Shown one piece after another: positions 49,540 through 62,559 of a stretch of 64,000 nucleotides of DNA. The first letter of the stretch is position 1, and each line of letters opens with the position of its first letter. The stretch is from Gnetum montanum (lineage: Eukaryota; Plantae; Gnetophyta), in contig MNCI01001305.1 of NCBI GenBank assembly GCA_015680685.1, positions 217,887-281,886 on the forward strand, given 5' to 3'. A program made the translations under genes and the position numbers. The notes under the pieces were generated by a model. It was not told the DNA's origin and ran no database searches. It saw only the letters and a program-made list of their open reading frames with translations.

Positions 49540-52500
49540 TCAAACATAGTATGGCTTGTGGTACGTATCGTTCACCGGGTTGGTGAACTTGTTGTCGTCC
49601 ATGTCTGCCAACTTGAAGGCTCCATTCCCAAAGGCTTTAGTGACCACGTGAGAACCTTCCCATTTGGCTGAGAACTTACTTACATGCTCACGGATGGCCT
49701 TGAGGATGAGGTCTCCCTTCTACACTAGCCGCCAATGCAGGTCTATACAATGCTTCTAATGTTCTTTGTTCTGGTAATGCTCAATACGTCTCAGCGTCTA
49801 CAAGGGTTCCTCCTCTACTGAGTCAAGATCAATGGTTCATGATTCGTTGTTCTGGGCTTCGCTTACGGCGTCAGATAGGATCATCTGAAGTGAGGGTACC
49901 TACAACTCAAGAGGCAATACAGCTTCAGATTTGTAAACAAGACTGTAAGGGGTCTTATTCATCATAGTTTTGCAAGTAGTTTGATAGGCCCAAAGGACGT
50001 AGAGTATTTGCTCGTGCCACCACCTCTTGCTATTGCTAAGCATACGCTTCAGCAAGTTGATGATGGACTTATTTGTAGCCTCCGCCCACCCGTTTGCTTA
50101 TGGATAATAAGGGGAAGAAAATGATTATTTAATGCCTAGGTTTCTATAGAAGGTTTGGGTTTCCATACTGCTAAAATGTGGTCCATTGTCAGTCACAATA
50201 GTCATCGGAAGCCCAAACCTAGTTACGATGTTATCGAGGATGAAATGGCAAATTTGCTGAGATGTCATTTTCCTCAAGGGAATAGCTTCCACCCACTTAG
50301 TAAAATACTCTGTGACAGTGATAATGAAGCTATGCCCTACGAAGAACTTAGTTGTGATAGGCCCTATGAGGTGCACTATGAGGTCTAGTCCCCATTGTTG
50401 GAAGGGCCACATAATTTGCGTTGGGTGAAATTTTATAGGTGCTATGTGTATGAGGTTTGCATATCTTTGGCATGTGTCACATGTCTTGACCTTCGACAGG
50501 CAGCCACGCTCCATGTAGGGCCAATAGTACCCTAGGCATCTAATTTTTACAACCATAGCCTTGGGTGCTATGTGTCCACCACACAGCCCTTCGGGAACCT
50601 CATTAACTACCTTTTGTGCTTGCTTACCGCCCACGCATGCCAGCAATATCCCATCGTAGGATCGTCAGCACAGGGCGTCATTTCCCATGAACACGTATTG
50701 CCGACCACGTTTGCAGATTGCATCTCTTTGAGCCGATGTCAATCCACTTGGGGAATCACCATACTGTAAATAAGCTTTAATGTTATCATACCACTCCAGG
50801 GTATCCGCAGCATTGATAGAGACCACATGTTCCGCCTGAGTGATAGGCTTCGTGCACTTTATGATCACAGTTGGCAAGTTTGCCAAGGAATGCGATGGGA
50901 TGTTTAATGTGAGCGTAGCTAAGGCGTCTGCTACGGTGTTCTCATTGCATGGCACGTGTTGCACATCAGTGGTTACGAATTGCTTCAGTAAGGTTTTTTC
51001 TAGGTCGCAGTAGGGTTGCAGGTGTGTGGCCTTGTAGGCATAGACTTTGGTGATTTGATTCACAAATAGTTGTGAATCTCCCTGAATCGCTAGGTGTTGT
51101 ACATGTAGCGCGCAGGCAGTTAAGAGGCCTCTGAGTAGCCCCTCGTACTCTACCATGTTGTTGGTGCAAGGGAACACAAAACGATAAGCCGATGGATACA
51201 TTTCCCCAGAGGGGAATGTGATCGTGGTAGTGACGCTACCTCCTCGCGTGGTCGAGGCATCGTCAAAATGTAAGATTGCCTCGAAATGTGATGGGACAAT
51301 GGAAACATTGGTAACGTATTCATCTGGGAACTCAAGATCTACGATTGCCTGGTCGTCGACTGGTGAGGCCACCAGTTGGGTTGCTATTGCTTGGCCCTTT
51401 GTCGATGATTGACTTACATAACGTATGTCGAACTCCATGGTTATTGCTTTCCATCAGGCTATTCTACTACTTTCGTACAGGTTGTTGGTGATAGCCTAGA
51501 GTATGTTACTTTTGCAAATGATGTTGGTTGTGCTGCAGAACAGGTAGTGCCGCAACTTTTTTAGTGCGAACACTAAGGCTAGGCAGTTCCTCTCCACCTC
51601 GTTGTATTTTTCCTCGTATGATATCAGTGCGTGGCTCAGGTAATACACCAGTATCTCAGAACCGTCGTCCTATTTCTAACATAGTAGTATAGCTATGGAT
51701 GCATCGGAGGTGGCAAGGTATATGAAGAAAGGTTTGTCCCTTTGCAGCAGGTGTACCGTTGGGAGGTGCAAGAGCTCCTTCTTCAAATTGTCGAAGGCTT
51801 GTTGACATTGGGTTGTCCACTCAAAGTCAACCCCCTTCTTTAGAAAATGTTGCATGGGGTGTAACTTGTCAGTCAACCTTGCTATAAACCTTCGAATGAA
51901 TTGCACTCTACCTTGTAAACCACATAACTCTTTAAGATTTTTAGGGGGGGCTAGATTGACGATCACCTTGACTTTGTCTGGGTCCACCTATATTCCGACC
52001 TCTGATACTACAAACCCTAACATGCGTATGGTCTTGACCCTGAAGACACACTTCTTAGGATTAAGACGTAAATCGTGCATTTGGCAGCACTTGAGCACTA
52101 ACTCTAGATTGTGTGGGTGGTGGGCCGCTTCTTTGAACTTAACTGCTATATCATCCACGTAATCGTTTAATGTTTCTAGGATGTAATCACTGAAAATGTA
52201 GTTCATGGCTCGTTGGTAGGTTGCTCCAGCATTCTTGAGCCCAAAAGGCATCATGGTATAGAAGAAGGTTCCCCATGGAGTCATGAAGGTTGTTGACAGC
52301 TGGTGCTCTGGGTTTATGCGGATTTGATTGTATTCGGAGAAACCATCCATGAAGGATAGCAAAGCATGACCAGCTATGGTGAAGATGAGTTGATTGATTC
52401 TTGGGAGTGAAAAGTTATTTTTGATCATTGCCTTGTTCAAGTCTCAAAAGTCTATACAGATTCGTATCCCTCCTGTTTTCTTCAAAACCACAACGATGTT

Positions 52501-53034
52501 GGACACCCACTCCGAATAGTCAACCGCACGGATGAAACATGCTCGGTATAACTTAGTGATTTCGTCCCTAACGGCTAGTGCGATTTCTGGCTTAATATTA
52601 TGCGTCTTTTTCTTGACTACCCTTACATGTGGGTCTAGGACGATGTTATGTTGAATCAGCCAAGAATCCAGACCCGGCATGTCGTCGTATGACCATGCGA
52701 AGACATCAATGTGATCCTGCAAAGTTTTAACTATACCCTCATGTATTTGTATGTCTAGGAGGGAGCCAAGTCTTAATTTCTTCACCTCCTTTCTTGACGT
52801 GATTATGGGTATCTCGACAAGAGGATCCTCAGTTACATCCCCAACCTCTAAATCTAGGGCATGGACTAGGTGTCTAGGCCAATCTGGGGGTGCTTCTAAG
52901 GTTGCTATAGTATTAATCATAATCGACCCCCAGTCAATCATGTCAGGGTTCAACTATCTCATGAGCTTGCCTTGCAGCCCTGCTAACATTAGAGGCATGG
53001 AAAGGGCACGACGGGTTTCCATCTCTTGCTTGAC
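49540..53034 (-). pseudogene. pol: Degenerate pol of element B: RT - RNase H - archaeal-type RNase H (aRH) - integrase
   Basis: RT (MPFGLKNAGATYQRAM, YVDD) and RH (FFIYLATSDASI). aRH ORF 50665-51438 (LHFDDAS, TNNMVEYEGLL, IQGDSQL, NENTVADALA). INT ORF 50125-50646 (GLCGGH, CDTCQ, WPFQQWGLD, YFTKWVEA, IVTDNG) with a GPY/F tail. Several stops are present. Confidence 0.97.
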
Positions 53035-54546
53035 CTGCCATCATAAGATGAAAGCCTGGGTAAGGGTCATCAGAGATTGTGTGAAATGTAAGTCTACAAA
53101 GCAACACCAAGATGCGACTTGCTAAGTAAGGCGATGTACAGATTGAGAGTTTGCTAGTTTAATGTCGTGGCAGACCGCTAAGGCATAAGAGTCTAGAATT
53201 GTTAAAGATATGTAAATCATTGATGTGAAGTGCGAAGTTGTGTAGCCATTGATATGTGAATGTCAAACTGTTAGTTTAGTGTCATTTCGAACTGCCATAT
53301 TGCGACATGAAAAATCTTGATATGCAAAATAATAAAAAGAATGAAACTGTGAGTACAAAGGCTATTGAACTGCCAGTGCGGGAATGAAGACATGAAACTG
53401 CTAGAAAACATGATACCACCTATGTCGAGGCGTATGAGGTAACTGCTAATGTAAGAACTTAGTTAGCTTGACATCATTGCGGATTGTGATTGTTATGAGT
53501 CAAAATTACTATTTTTGGGTCCTAAGGAGCATGATCATGATAGGTTTGTTAGTTTAAGGTCTTTTCAAACCTTTAATCGAAAATAAACATTATTATATTA
53601 GTTTTCAGGAAGGTGAGTAATTGGCCTGAAGTGTGCCAAGGTTTAAATGCTAATAGTGTCGTGATGTCGTGGCAAGCATGCTACATTGCATGTCGCACTC
53701 CACATTAATCGGAGAGAGAGAGAGAAAGAAAGTTTCCTCATTTTGCCACTACTGCCATAAATAGGGATTGAACCCTGGTAATTTTCACATTTTCACCGTA
53801 AAAGCGTAGAATCCTCATCGGAGCACTCGGCGATTTTGGAGCATGGAGCAATTGTGTTAATCGGTCGACGAGGTGAATTTCTAAGGTGAAGGTCATAAAT
53901 CTGTAATCAGGGACATCGCTCCTAAAACTCAGTTGGTGCTCATGAAGGTTGGGGAGGCGAAGAAGACCGTGAGATGTGGGCCACAAGCATGCATTCCGGC
54001 ACGGGAGAGCACACCGTTGACTCAGTGAGTTTTCATGTCTCCTCTATCCTTTTCTCCTAACACCTTTTGCCACTTTCTGCTCTGGTTTTGCATCTCATTT
54101 GTTTCGCTATTTTTATTTTCTGTGACCATGTTGTTTTAGCTTTTGTGTTGTCGTGGTCTCTTTTTCTTTTGGTCGTGGCTATTGTTCAACGATTTTCTTG
54201 TGACTGCATGCAAGGCCATTACCGTTGCCGCGGTTGTCACGATTGTGGGGCCGGGGCCCTTTGAGTTGCTTGACCTTGGCATGCCACAATGTAAAACCTT
54301 CAGGAGGTTTTGGTTATGTTTGATGTAGCACCATGACACGTGTTTATTTTTGAGCATGTTGTTAGTCATTTTTCTGCTACGCTAAGCTACTTCCGTGTTC
54401 TTGCTATGCTAGGCTTTCGCATCTTTGCTACATTGTGGTGAACAAAGGGTTATATTACGCGACATTCATGTTCTGCTAAGCACTGCTATGTTGCACACAC
54501 ATTGCCTTCAAATTTGATATCAATATCTACTGGTTGCATTGTGCAG

Positions 54547-54971
54547 GGTAGGGCCAAGGTCTAGGCTGATCATCTTGGACCTTCAAGGGGTCTTATGTCA
54601 CGTGGGCAGACCTATGGCCAACATTCCTCCTCCCCCGATACGTGTGAGAGAGCAAACAGTTTGGTTCAAGGATTGGTGCGAGACTTCGTACAATTCCTTC
54701 TCAACCATTTTAGTCACATGGTTTGGTCCTTCTTAGACAAAGGGGAGGCATCTGGCATAATAGAGGCCATACTGCCAGGGACAAATTGGGGCATCCTGAG
54801 ATACCTTTTTGATGACGTGACCGCAAGCAGGCCGAAAGGAAGATCTAACCCACACTCAATAGTGTTGAGGCATTTAGCCTAGATCTGGTATATGCTAGAA
54901 TACCAGTGTTATCACCCATACAACACACTGTATCTTGCGCGCCAAATGGCGGCCTACTTTCAGAACCCATA
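54547..54971 (+). pseudogene. Exon encoding an FCP1/NIF (HAD-superfamily) phosphatase-like domain, element B
   Basis: RLIILDLQGVLCH...TVWFK/G LVRDFVQFLLNHFSHMVWS...IVLRHLA*IWYMLEYQCYHPYNTLYLARQMAAYFQNP (ORFs 54539-54736 and 54595-54882 plus read-through). Confidence 0.75.
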
Positions 54972-54972
54972 N

Positions 54973-55594
54973 ATGATCACTAAATGTACTTAGCATAACA
55001 AACTACAAAAACACTTGAGCATGTGGCGCCTACCTGTTAACCCACTAGGTCTGTACGGTGAGGGGAATAGCGGGAGCTCAGCCACCAAGACCGCTTCAAG
55101 CGTGACCTGCTTGAAAGGTTCTCTCCACTCCTTGTCCAACCAACCCTTCACCCTAAAATAACTATAGAGGGAGGCAAGCGTGCATAGGTAGGAATAGTAT
55201 CCCTTCCCATAATGAGCAATCACGCCCACCCGTAGGCTTTTGGTAGAGGCAAATTCCCGTAGGGCTAGATGTGTTACGGCCAACTCACTCGGCTGGTCAT
55301 GAACCCCGTCATCGTCAATATAGAACTTGGTGACAAGAACATACTATCAGCACTAGATCAAGTATGGCCAACGTTGCACAGGAAAGCAAAGTAAAGATGT
55401 GAAACTCACCCGCCAATGCAATGGATGGTCCTGTATGGGTTCTGAAAGTAGGCCGCCATTTGGCGCGCAAGATACAGTGTGTTGTATGGGTGATAACACT
55501 GGTATTCTAGCATATCCCAGATCTAGGCTAAATGCCTCAACACTATTGAGTGTGGGTTAGATCTTCCTTCCGGCCTGCTTGCGGTCACGTCATC
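54973..55594. other. Mis-oriented assembly segment between single Ns (54972, 55595)
   Basis: 54811-54971 is the reverse complement of 55434-55594, and 54973-55031 is the reverse complement of 55596-55654. Flipping the segment restores colinearity with element A. Confidence 0.88.
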
Positions 55595-58500
55595 NAGGCG
55601 CGACATGCTCAAGTGTTTTTGTAGTTTGTTATGCTAAGTACATTTAGTGATCATTGCTGCAAGAGTGAGGAATCCTCATGAGGTGACGGTGGTAACTACC
55701 AAGAGGCAAGGGAAAAACATTTACTTCAAATGTGGTGAAGTAGCGGCGAGCCAGAGCTGGTTAGAACGAGGGGCTCTACACCCCTTGCTCAAGAAAATTT
55801 GAATGGCTGAGCTTATGGATTTGTTCATGGCTTCAAATCTGGGCGTCCTGCTACCGAGGACAAGTAGGAGTTGATCCTTTAGAAGCAATATATCGAGGAG
55901 TGGCTGAGGCTCACCAAGGAGTGAAATGGGTTCCCTGTGGACAAACTTAGGGAAGGTCTTGCTATTGGAATATACCCGGTCTTTCGTGCCCATGCATTCC
56001 CTCAATTTCTCACCCAAGGGAAGGTCCTGGGGCTTGAGCAGGCTTGGGTCATGCAGGAAGTCATGGAGGAGGGGGCCCATTACAACTAGGCCAAATTCCT
56101 ATGCAATGGTTTGCAGGTCGAGATTTTGGGACTCCGTGAGCCAACGGAGTCCCGCTCTAACATACACTATGCTTTCTACATAGGCTATTTAAAGTGCTTC
56201 GTAGAGTTCCTGGTGGTCCAAGAGGATGGAGTCTAGTCCAAGCTAGATCGTGACCAGATTCTTAAGCCATGGATTCGATAGGTCCTTTGGACTATGTAAG
56301 CCCAGGACCCCCCAGAAGTGGTGGGGGAGTCGTTATCTATAACGACTAAACATCTGGCAATTTATAGCACTTACGGCTAGGATAGCGTAGGGGAGACACC
56401 CCCTACCATAATCGGCAACATGACATAGGGTGAACATCTCATAGTTGAGACCATGCCCATGGAGCTGCGAAGAAAGAGACCTCCCTCAACCAGGGAAAGC
56501 CTTCATGAAGAGGAGGGGCAAAGACTGCGGTTTGTTGCAGCGAACGCAACCCCCCATTGGTGAGCACTACATAATATTTAGTTTACTTTGCTATTGCCTA
56601 CTATTTCATGCTTCGTTAGGCAGTGTGTTGTAGTGTGGCATCTTTTTTGAGTTAACTTGTTTCGATTTGATGTATGTATGTCCTTTTGTGGGCATAAGAA
56701 GAAGAGGATGAAGAAGAAGATGACAAGGGAGTGTCGGCCCTCAGGACGAGGGTGACAAATAAAGACACGGGGGCCCCAGCTTTGGAAGAAAGGGCTCCGG
56801 TCAATGATAATTGAGCTCTTGTCTCCAAGGCAAGGACTCTTGTCATTAGGGAGCCTCTTCCTAATGAAGAGGTACCCCCCCCCCCCCCAAATAAGAAAGA
56901 CACTACCCTCCTACAAGGAAAGGCACTAGCGTATGAGCTAGGGGCTTTCATGGACTTTCACGATCATCTTGCATTAGCAAGAAGAAAGACTATAGCCGGA
57001 TGCTGGGGAGTTAGGCTTTGCGTGTGTCTTATTGTAGTCCATTTTGGCCGTTGCTAATGTGCTTAGTCGTGTAACAGGTGCTACTACTAATGTTTTAGGG
57101 CTTCCTCCACCTCATACGAAGTCATGGGCTGAAGTCCCTGAAAAATTTGCGTTTGTTCAGGGACTTGTCAATGACATGATCAAACGTCTTTAAAAGGAAA
57201 ATCCTTGTGCGGGTAAGTAGGAGTGTTCACTGTCCTTATGTTACTATGTTGAAATTTTCAAGTTATTGATTATGTTAAGCTAACGTGTTTACTACGCTTT
57301 TTGCCCTTTGAACAGCCTCTCGGCTTAAGTGGGACCCGGCACGACCTATGGAGGTTGGCGCGGTGCCCGCACTCTCGCCTGACGTGACTGAGGTGTCTCG
57401 TCATACGTTTGATGAGGCTTAAAAATGTGTCTTGCACTCGGCATGCTCTCTGTGGGAGTGTAGACGCACCAACGAATACCTGTAGAAACGGGTCCAAAGG
57501 ACCAATCAGAGAGAGGCCGAACTGGTCGTTGAGGTGAAGAACCTCAGGTCGACGACCAATTTCCTAATAAATTGTAACCTTGACCCTATCGATTTGCTAA
57601 GGGTTGTGGATGACTACGCCATGTTTTGGACTGTCGTTCATCAAAATGTAGAGTCCACCTGCGAAATAATCGAATAGCATATGCAAATGGACTTGCTAGC
57701 CTAGAAGTGCCAGGATATGAAAGACATCAGCGCTAAGGTCTTTGAATGGGGGAAAGCCTAGAGGGATCACAAATATACATACAAGCTAGAAAACGAAACC
57801 CATCGAAGATTGTATAAAGACGTTGTTGTGGAGGCGTTCTCGTACGAAACGTTCGTGAAGGCCATCAGCGCTTCTGAGGCCTATGCCAACTTTAAAGAGC
57901 ATGTGAAGGTTACAGAGTCTCCTGACCTGAGGGTGCACCTCCCTACAGGAGAGACCGCAACTGCCTCCCTTTCCTAAGAACCTCTAAAGTGGACGACCTT
58001 GGAAAGGGAGAAATTTGCCGTTGCGAATGCTGAGCCTAGTGACAGGCGTTGGATGGACATTTTGATAGAGGATATTGGGCGTCGCCTTAGGATCGGTCTA
58101 GACCAAATACCTCTTGAGACTAACGTAGGCTCTCCTCAGGTTGGTTACTTTAATGTTGTGCTATAGCTAGCGTTTACTGCATTTTTTGCCCTAGCTAACT
58201 ACTCTATTTTTTGGATACAGGCCCTCAATGAAGGTGTAAGGCCTGTGGAGGGAGGAAATGAAGAGCCAGTAAGGGGCAACACAGGAGAAAGCGATGCACA
58301 AGTAGGTGAAGTGGGGGTAAATGGCAAAGGCAACGTGAACGGAGATAACCCATGACAGCATGGGACTCCTCTCTCTCTTTTTCCTTTTTATTAAAAATTT
58401 TGAAAATTTTACAAACATTGCCAATGGGCAAAAATTTTGAATGAAATGGAAAAATTTAGCAAGGAGACTGGTTTTGTATTACCTTATGCGTTATGTAAAG

Positions 58501-58669
58501 TTTTCATGCTCTCGTATGCTAGTTTTAGGCCATTTCCAGCCATTGCTAATTTTGGGCCATTTCAGGTCGTTAGCGTAGCATGCAAAAAGGATGGCATATT
58601 GACGAGATAAGGAAATGGCAAACATGCAAGGATAGCAACTAGGTGGGAGGTCGTAAGGCTACTATGCTA

Positions 58670-61600
58670 TGCGTAGCTACCTCTTGACCTTTCGTGGGTT
58701 GATCGGAACGTAGGGTCAAGGCATTTCACCCAGGCCCCCGCTCATAACACTGTCCTTCACTTTGAAGGGCAATTCACACCATGCATTTTTGATTTGAGGA
58801 TTTTCTCGTTGGACCAATCCCTTCATTGTATGATTAATGCATACATGAACAGGTGCTTCACCTTTAGAGGTTGTAACTTCTGAACCCTGTTCCATGCCTA
58901 CGTTGCTAATTTCTTGTGTTACTACCTCGTGCCATGGATTATCACCTCCTTACCCGCGTATGGTAAGTGGATTCTCTGGTGTATAGGCGAGGAGACAACA
59001 GTAAGTTGTCCTAACCACGATCTTCCCAAGATTAGGTTAAACCTCGGCATTTCTTCAACCATGAAGAACATTGCGTCTATGGGGAACTGGTCCCCTACTA
59101 CGAAGTTTACGTGAACTATGCCCTTCACCAGGATGCGTGCCCTGTTGAAGGACCACAGACACGACGTTGTCGTTGGTTTGATCTGGTTGACCAATCCCAA
59201 CTTATCTATAATAGGGAAGGAAATGACATTTGTGACAGCCCCATCATCGACATGTACCCTTCGGATCTGGTGTTGGCTGACCTGAATTGTGATGAAGAGA
59301 GGCGCCGTAGTCACTTGACCCCCTTTGGGATCTTCCTTAATGGCATTGCTGCTAAAAGTCAATTGAGGCACTATAGACTATGTGGGTACAGAGGGGAGTA
59401 TGACCGAGTGGATCGCTTTTTCTTTTGCTGGCATGTTTTCGTCAACCGGAATAGCCGTTAACATGCGGACTAGAGCCTCACAGTGAGGTATAGATGTCAT
59501 GACCAGGTCGTACAAGCTCAACGTAGCATTTTTCTACCTTAGGGCTTGCTCGACCTGGGTGAGGGCATCCAAGAAGTCTTGGCCGCCCATGTGTTTGACA
59601 CCTTCCTTCTCCTTGATTCGTCCTAGAAGACGAATCTCTCTAGGAGAGACAACTTCGAACCTAGGTTTAGATCCTTTTCGACTAGGTGATGCAGGCTATG
59701 TAATCATGTCGACCTTCATCTTTGGTGACGAAGGTGCAAATACAAGGGGCAAAGGAGTAGGCTTGGAGATACTTTTGACGGTATTCCCCTTTAACGCCTT
59801 GCCCACCAAGTAGGTTTCTCACCTGGTGGGACGAGGAGGTTGTTTAATGTTGTTGCACAGGATGGGGGTTGTCCAACATGTTGGCCCCCTGATGATGAAT
59901 GGAGCTAGAGGTGGTGACTGACGGGGTCATGTGGCCTCACCAACAGGTAGTGTAGAGGTAGATGCCCGTGGTGGGACTTTCAAGATGAAGGATGGCTGCG
60001 AACTTGGACCAACCATTGGTGGTATTGGTGCACTACACTGAGGCACACGAATCACAAACGGCTGGAAGGGTGGCGTGGGATCATTGTCAATACTAATGGC
60101 GTTGATTACGTAATCGGCATTATTGGCATTGAGGAGGTCTGTGTAGACATACATAGATTGATTTTCAAGGCGTACTGGGTTACTTTCATCCATCATCAGC
60201 TTTCCCAGGTTGATTAATCTTTGGATGTCATCCTGCAATGACAGACAATAATCCATGGTGTGACCACATAGTTGGTGGTAGTCACAAAAACTATCTAGCC
60301 CCTAGGAACTAGGAGCTCATTGGGCAAGGCCAAAGAGGGATTTCTAAGGAGCTCGCAGAAACGTCAATGTCTCGCATTTGCTTCCTTCGACATCTGCTTG
60401 TGTTGGATGTATCCCGCTGCCAACAGTTTCTTTAGGAGTTCTAAAGGCTTGAGAGGCAATGGGATGTATTTCGAATAATCTTTGCACTCGAAGTTGGGTT
60501 CAGTGTATGTAGATGTCTCGGACGTAGGTGCGGTAGGTTTTGATGCTTGGCCCGGTTTGGGCGCACAATCAGCCACAGGCATGGATGGTTTCTTGTTATT
60601 CTTGCTTCCGTTGTTGCTATGTTTGGGCTTAGCCTCAGCTACCATAGCAGCCACCATGGTTGTTGGGGTTTTACCCTTATCCTTTCTTGCGAAACTATTC
60701 TTGTAAGTGATGTAGGTTGAGTCTTTGCTCACCTCAGTTGCTTCTTGTATGCTTTTTGTCTGAGCGAAAGCTTGGCTGAGTGAGCGTGGAGTGAGGTAAT
60801 ACAGTTTGGACTTAATGAAGTCATTCACCACACCCTTAAGAATGGCTAATAAGTGAGCCTCCGCGATGGGCTCATGGATTTCATTAAGTTTCGCGCTCCA
60901 ATGTTGAATGAATTTTTGGATTGGTTCTAACGGGTCTTGTTTCACGCCCATCAGCTAATCCAGTGTGGTTTCTGGCTTTAAGTTATATTTGAAGCATGTC
61001 ACAAACTGGGTCAACAGTTCTTCCAAAGTTAAAATGGATGAACGTGGCAATGCGCAGTACCAATCTAGGGCTTTCCTAGCTACGGACATGGCAAAGACGC
61101 AAATGATCATATGCGACCACTGTTGTAATAGCAAAGACTCCGACCAGAAAGTGACGAGATGGGTATTGGGATCCCCTTCCCCATCATACTTCGTGAAGTG
61201 CAGGAGGAACATCCTGGGTGGTAATATCGAAGCAGAGATTGCAGGGTTAACGGGGTCATCCTGATAGAAGTCCATGACTAGTACCGTATCAGACCCAACA
61301 GCTTTGAGGCATTTTACTTCCTTAGTTAGGGTCTAGATAAGCTGAAACGCTTAGTTTAGACCCGGCAACATTATAGATGGCTAAGGGACTGTAGAGGCGA
61401 CTCCCACATGTGGTATGGTGGCAATGCCAATTTAACCCATGGGGGTGCCATTGGGATTGCCCCCGCTAAAGGTTCTGTTTACGTTGTCCACCACCTAGTG
61501 GGTGGTATTATCGGAGCGGTAATAGCGAGTTGAGTCACCAGATAGGCTGTTTGGGTTACCAGCGGGACAAACCATGGCCCCATACCAGGATGTACCGTTT

Positions 61601-62473
61601 GCGGGTCGGATAGGCCTAAGGGTGAATGTAGTGGGACATCTGCGACGGTTGCAGAACAAACGAAGAAGCGAATGGGGTCCACCATGTGGATGGGCCTGAG
61701 CCCACCACAGTGGGCAGAACAGATGCGTAGGTAGGAATTGGCATAGGAGTTATGTGCGATTGTAAAGTAGGTACTCTATGGATATGCGGTAGGGTAGCTA
61801 TGATAGGTGTGTTGTGCACCATGGGAGCATGCTAATAAATGGCTTGTGGTTGCATAGTTGCTGTGGGGGCAACTGGGGAATGGAGGTGATGATGTGCTGG
61901 GAATGTAGCATGGCTACCCATTGCACTTACGGTTGTAGGCTGCTGAAGCGTAAGCGTAATGATAAAGGGGGTGGTGACAGACAGCGGGTTGGCCCAAAAG
62001 GACTGCATAGGCGGGACGAGAACGGGGTTGGTCTAACCTCCTTCGTCAGATTGGGAATCGAGTTCCTCCTACCCATCTTGAAAGGTGTCATCCTGGTTGG
62101 ACGTTGTGTCTTGTTGCTCCCCAATCCTGGTCAACTAGATTAGTTGATCTAGAAGCCTTTGGTATGTTTGCGTTAAAGGCACAGAAATGCCCAGGGTAGG
62201 AACGAATTCCTCCCTGTTGCAGTAAGCAAACTTGAAGCTATGTTTTTCTTTGAGTTCATGTAAATCCAAGGGTAGATTAGCCTGCACCTTTGCACAAAGG
62301 AAACTATAACACTCATGTTGTTGGGCTAGTCCCTCAAGTCCTCAATTTTGGATTCTGAGGGACTAGCGTGCTTCCTGCGTTGGATTCAGCCATTGTTCGG
62401 CACCAGTAGTGCCTTGGACCGCAAAGGGCACCTCCGCATTGAAGGCGTCCAAAGTGGTGGTGGTGGAAGCCAT
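58670..62473 (-). pseudogene. gag: Degenerate gag-protease of element B
   Basis: ORFs 60955-61275 (FTKYDGEGDPNTHL...KALDWY), 60364-60951, the knuckle FCDYHQLCGHTMDYC (~60245-60290), and protease ORF 58922-59371 (IRRVHVDDGAVTNVI, FNLILGRSWL). Confidence 0.92.
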
Positions 62474-62559
62474 TGCTAAGCAAGTGATTATGCAAAAAAT
62501 GCAAAAAAAATGCAATAGAACAAAAGGATTAAAAAAAGATAAAAGGATGGCTTTACGTC

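Larger units (their letters stand above)
53756..58300 (+). pseudogene. Antisense multi-exon accessory gene of element B (FCP1/NIF-like domain, unknown domain, acidic tract, coiled coil)
   Basis: CATAAATAGGGATT at 53756. Donors at 54025, 56560, ~57212 and ~58140; acceptors at 54546, ~57077, ~57315 and ~58219. Translations align with A, e.g. IYPVFRAHAFPQFLTQGKVLGLEQAWVMQEVMEE vs IYPIFRARAFPKLLFQGKILGME*AWIMREVMEE. Confidence 0.8.

Noticed and set aside
54811-55654. Long inverted repeats as a hairpin RNA, MITE or real inversion
   Set aside because: The boundaries coincide with single Ns, and flipping restores colinearity with element A.
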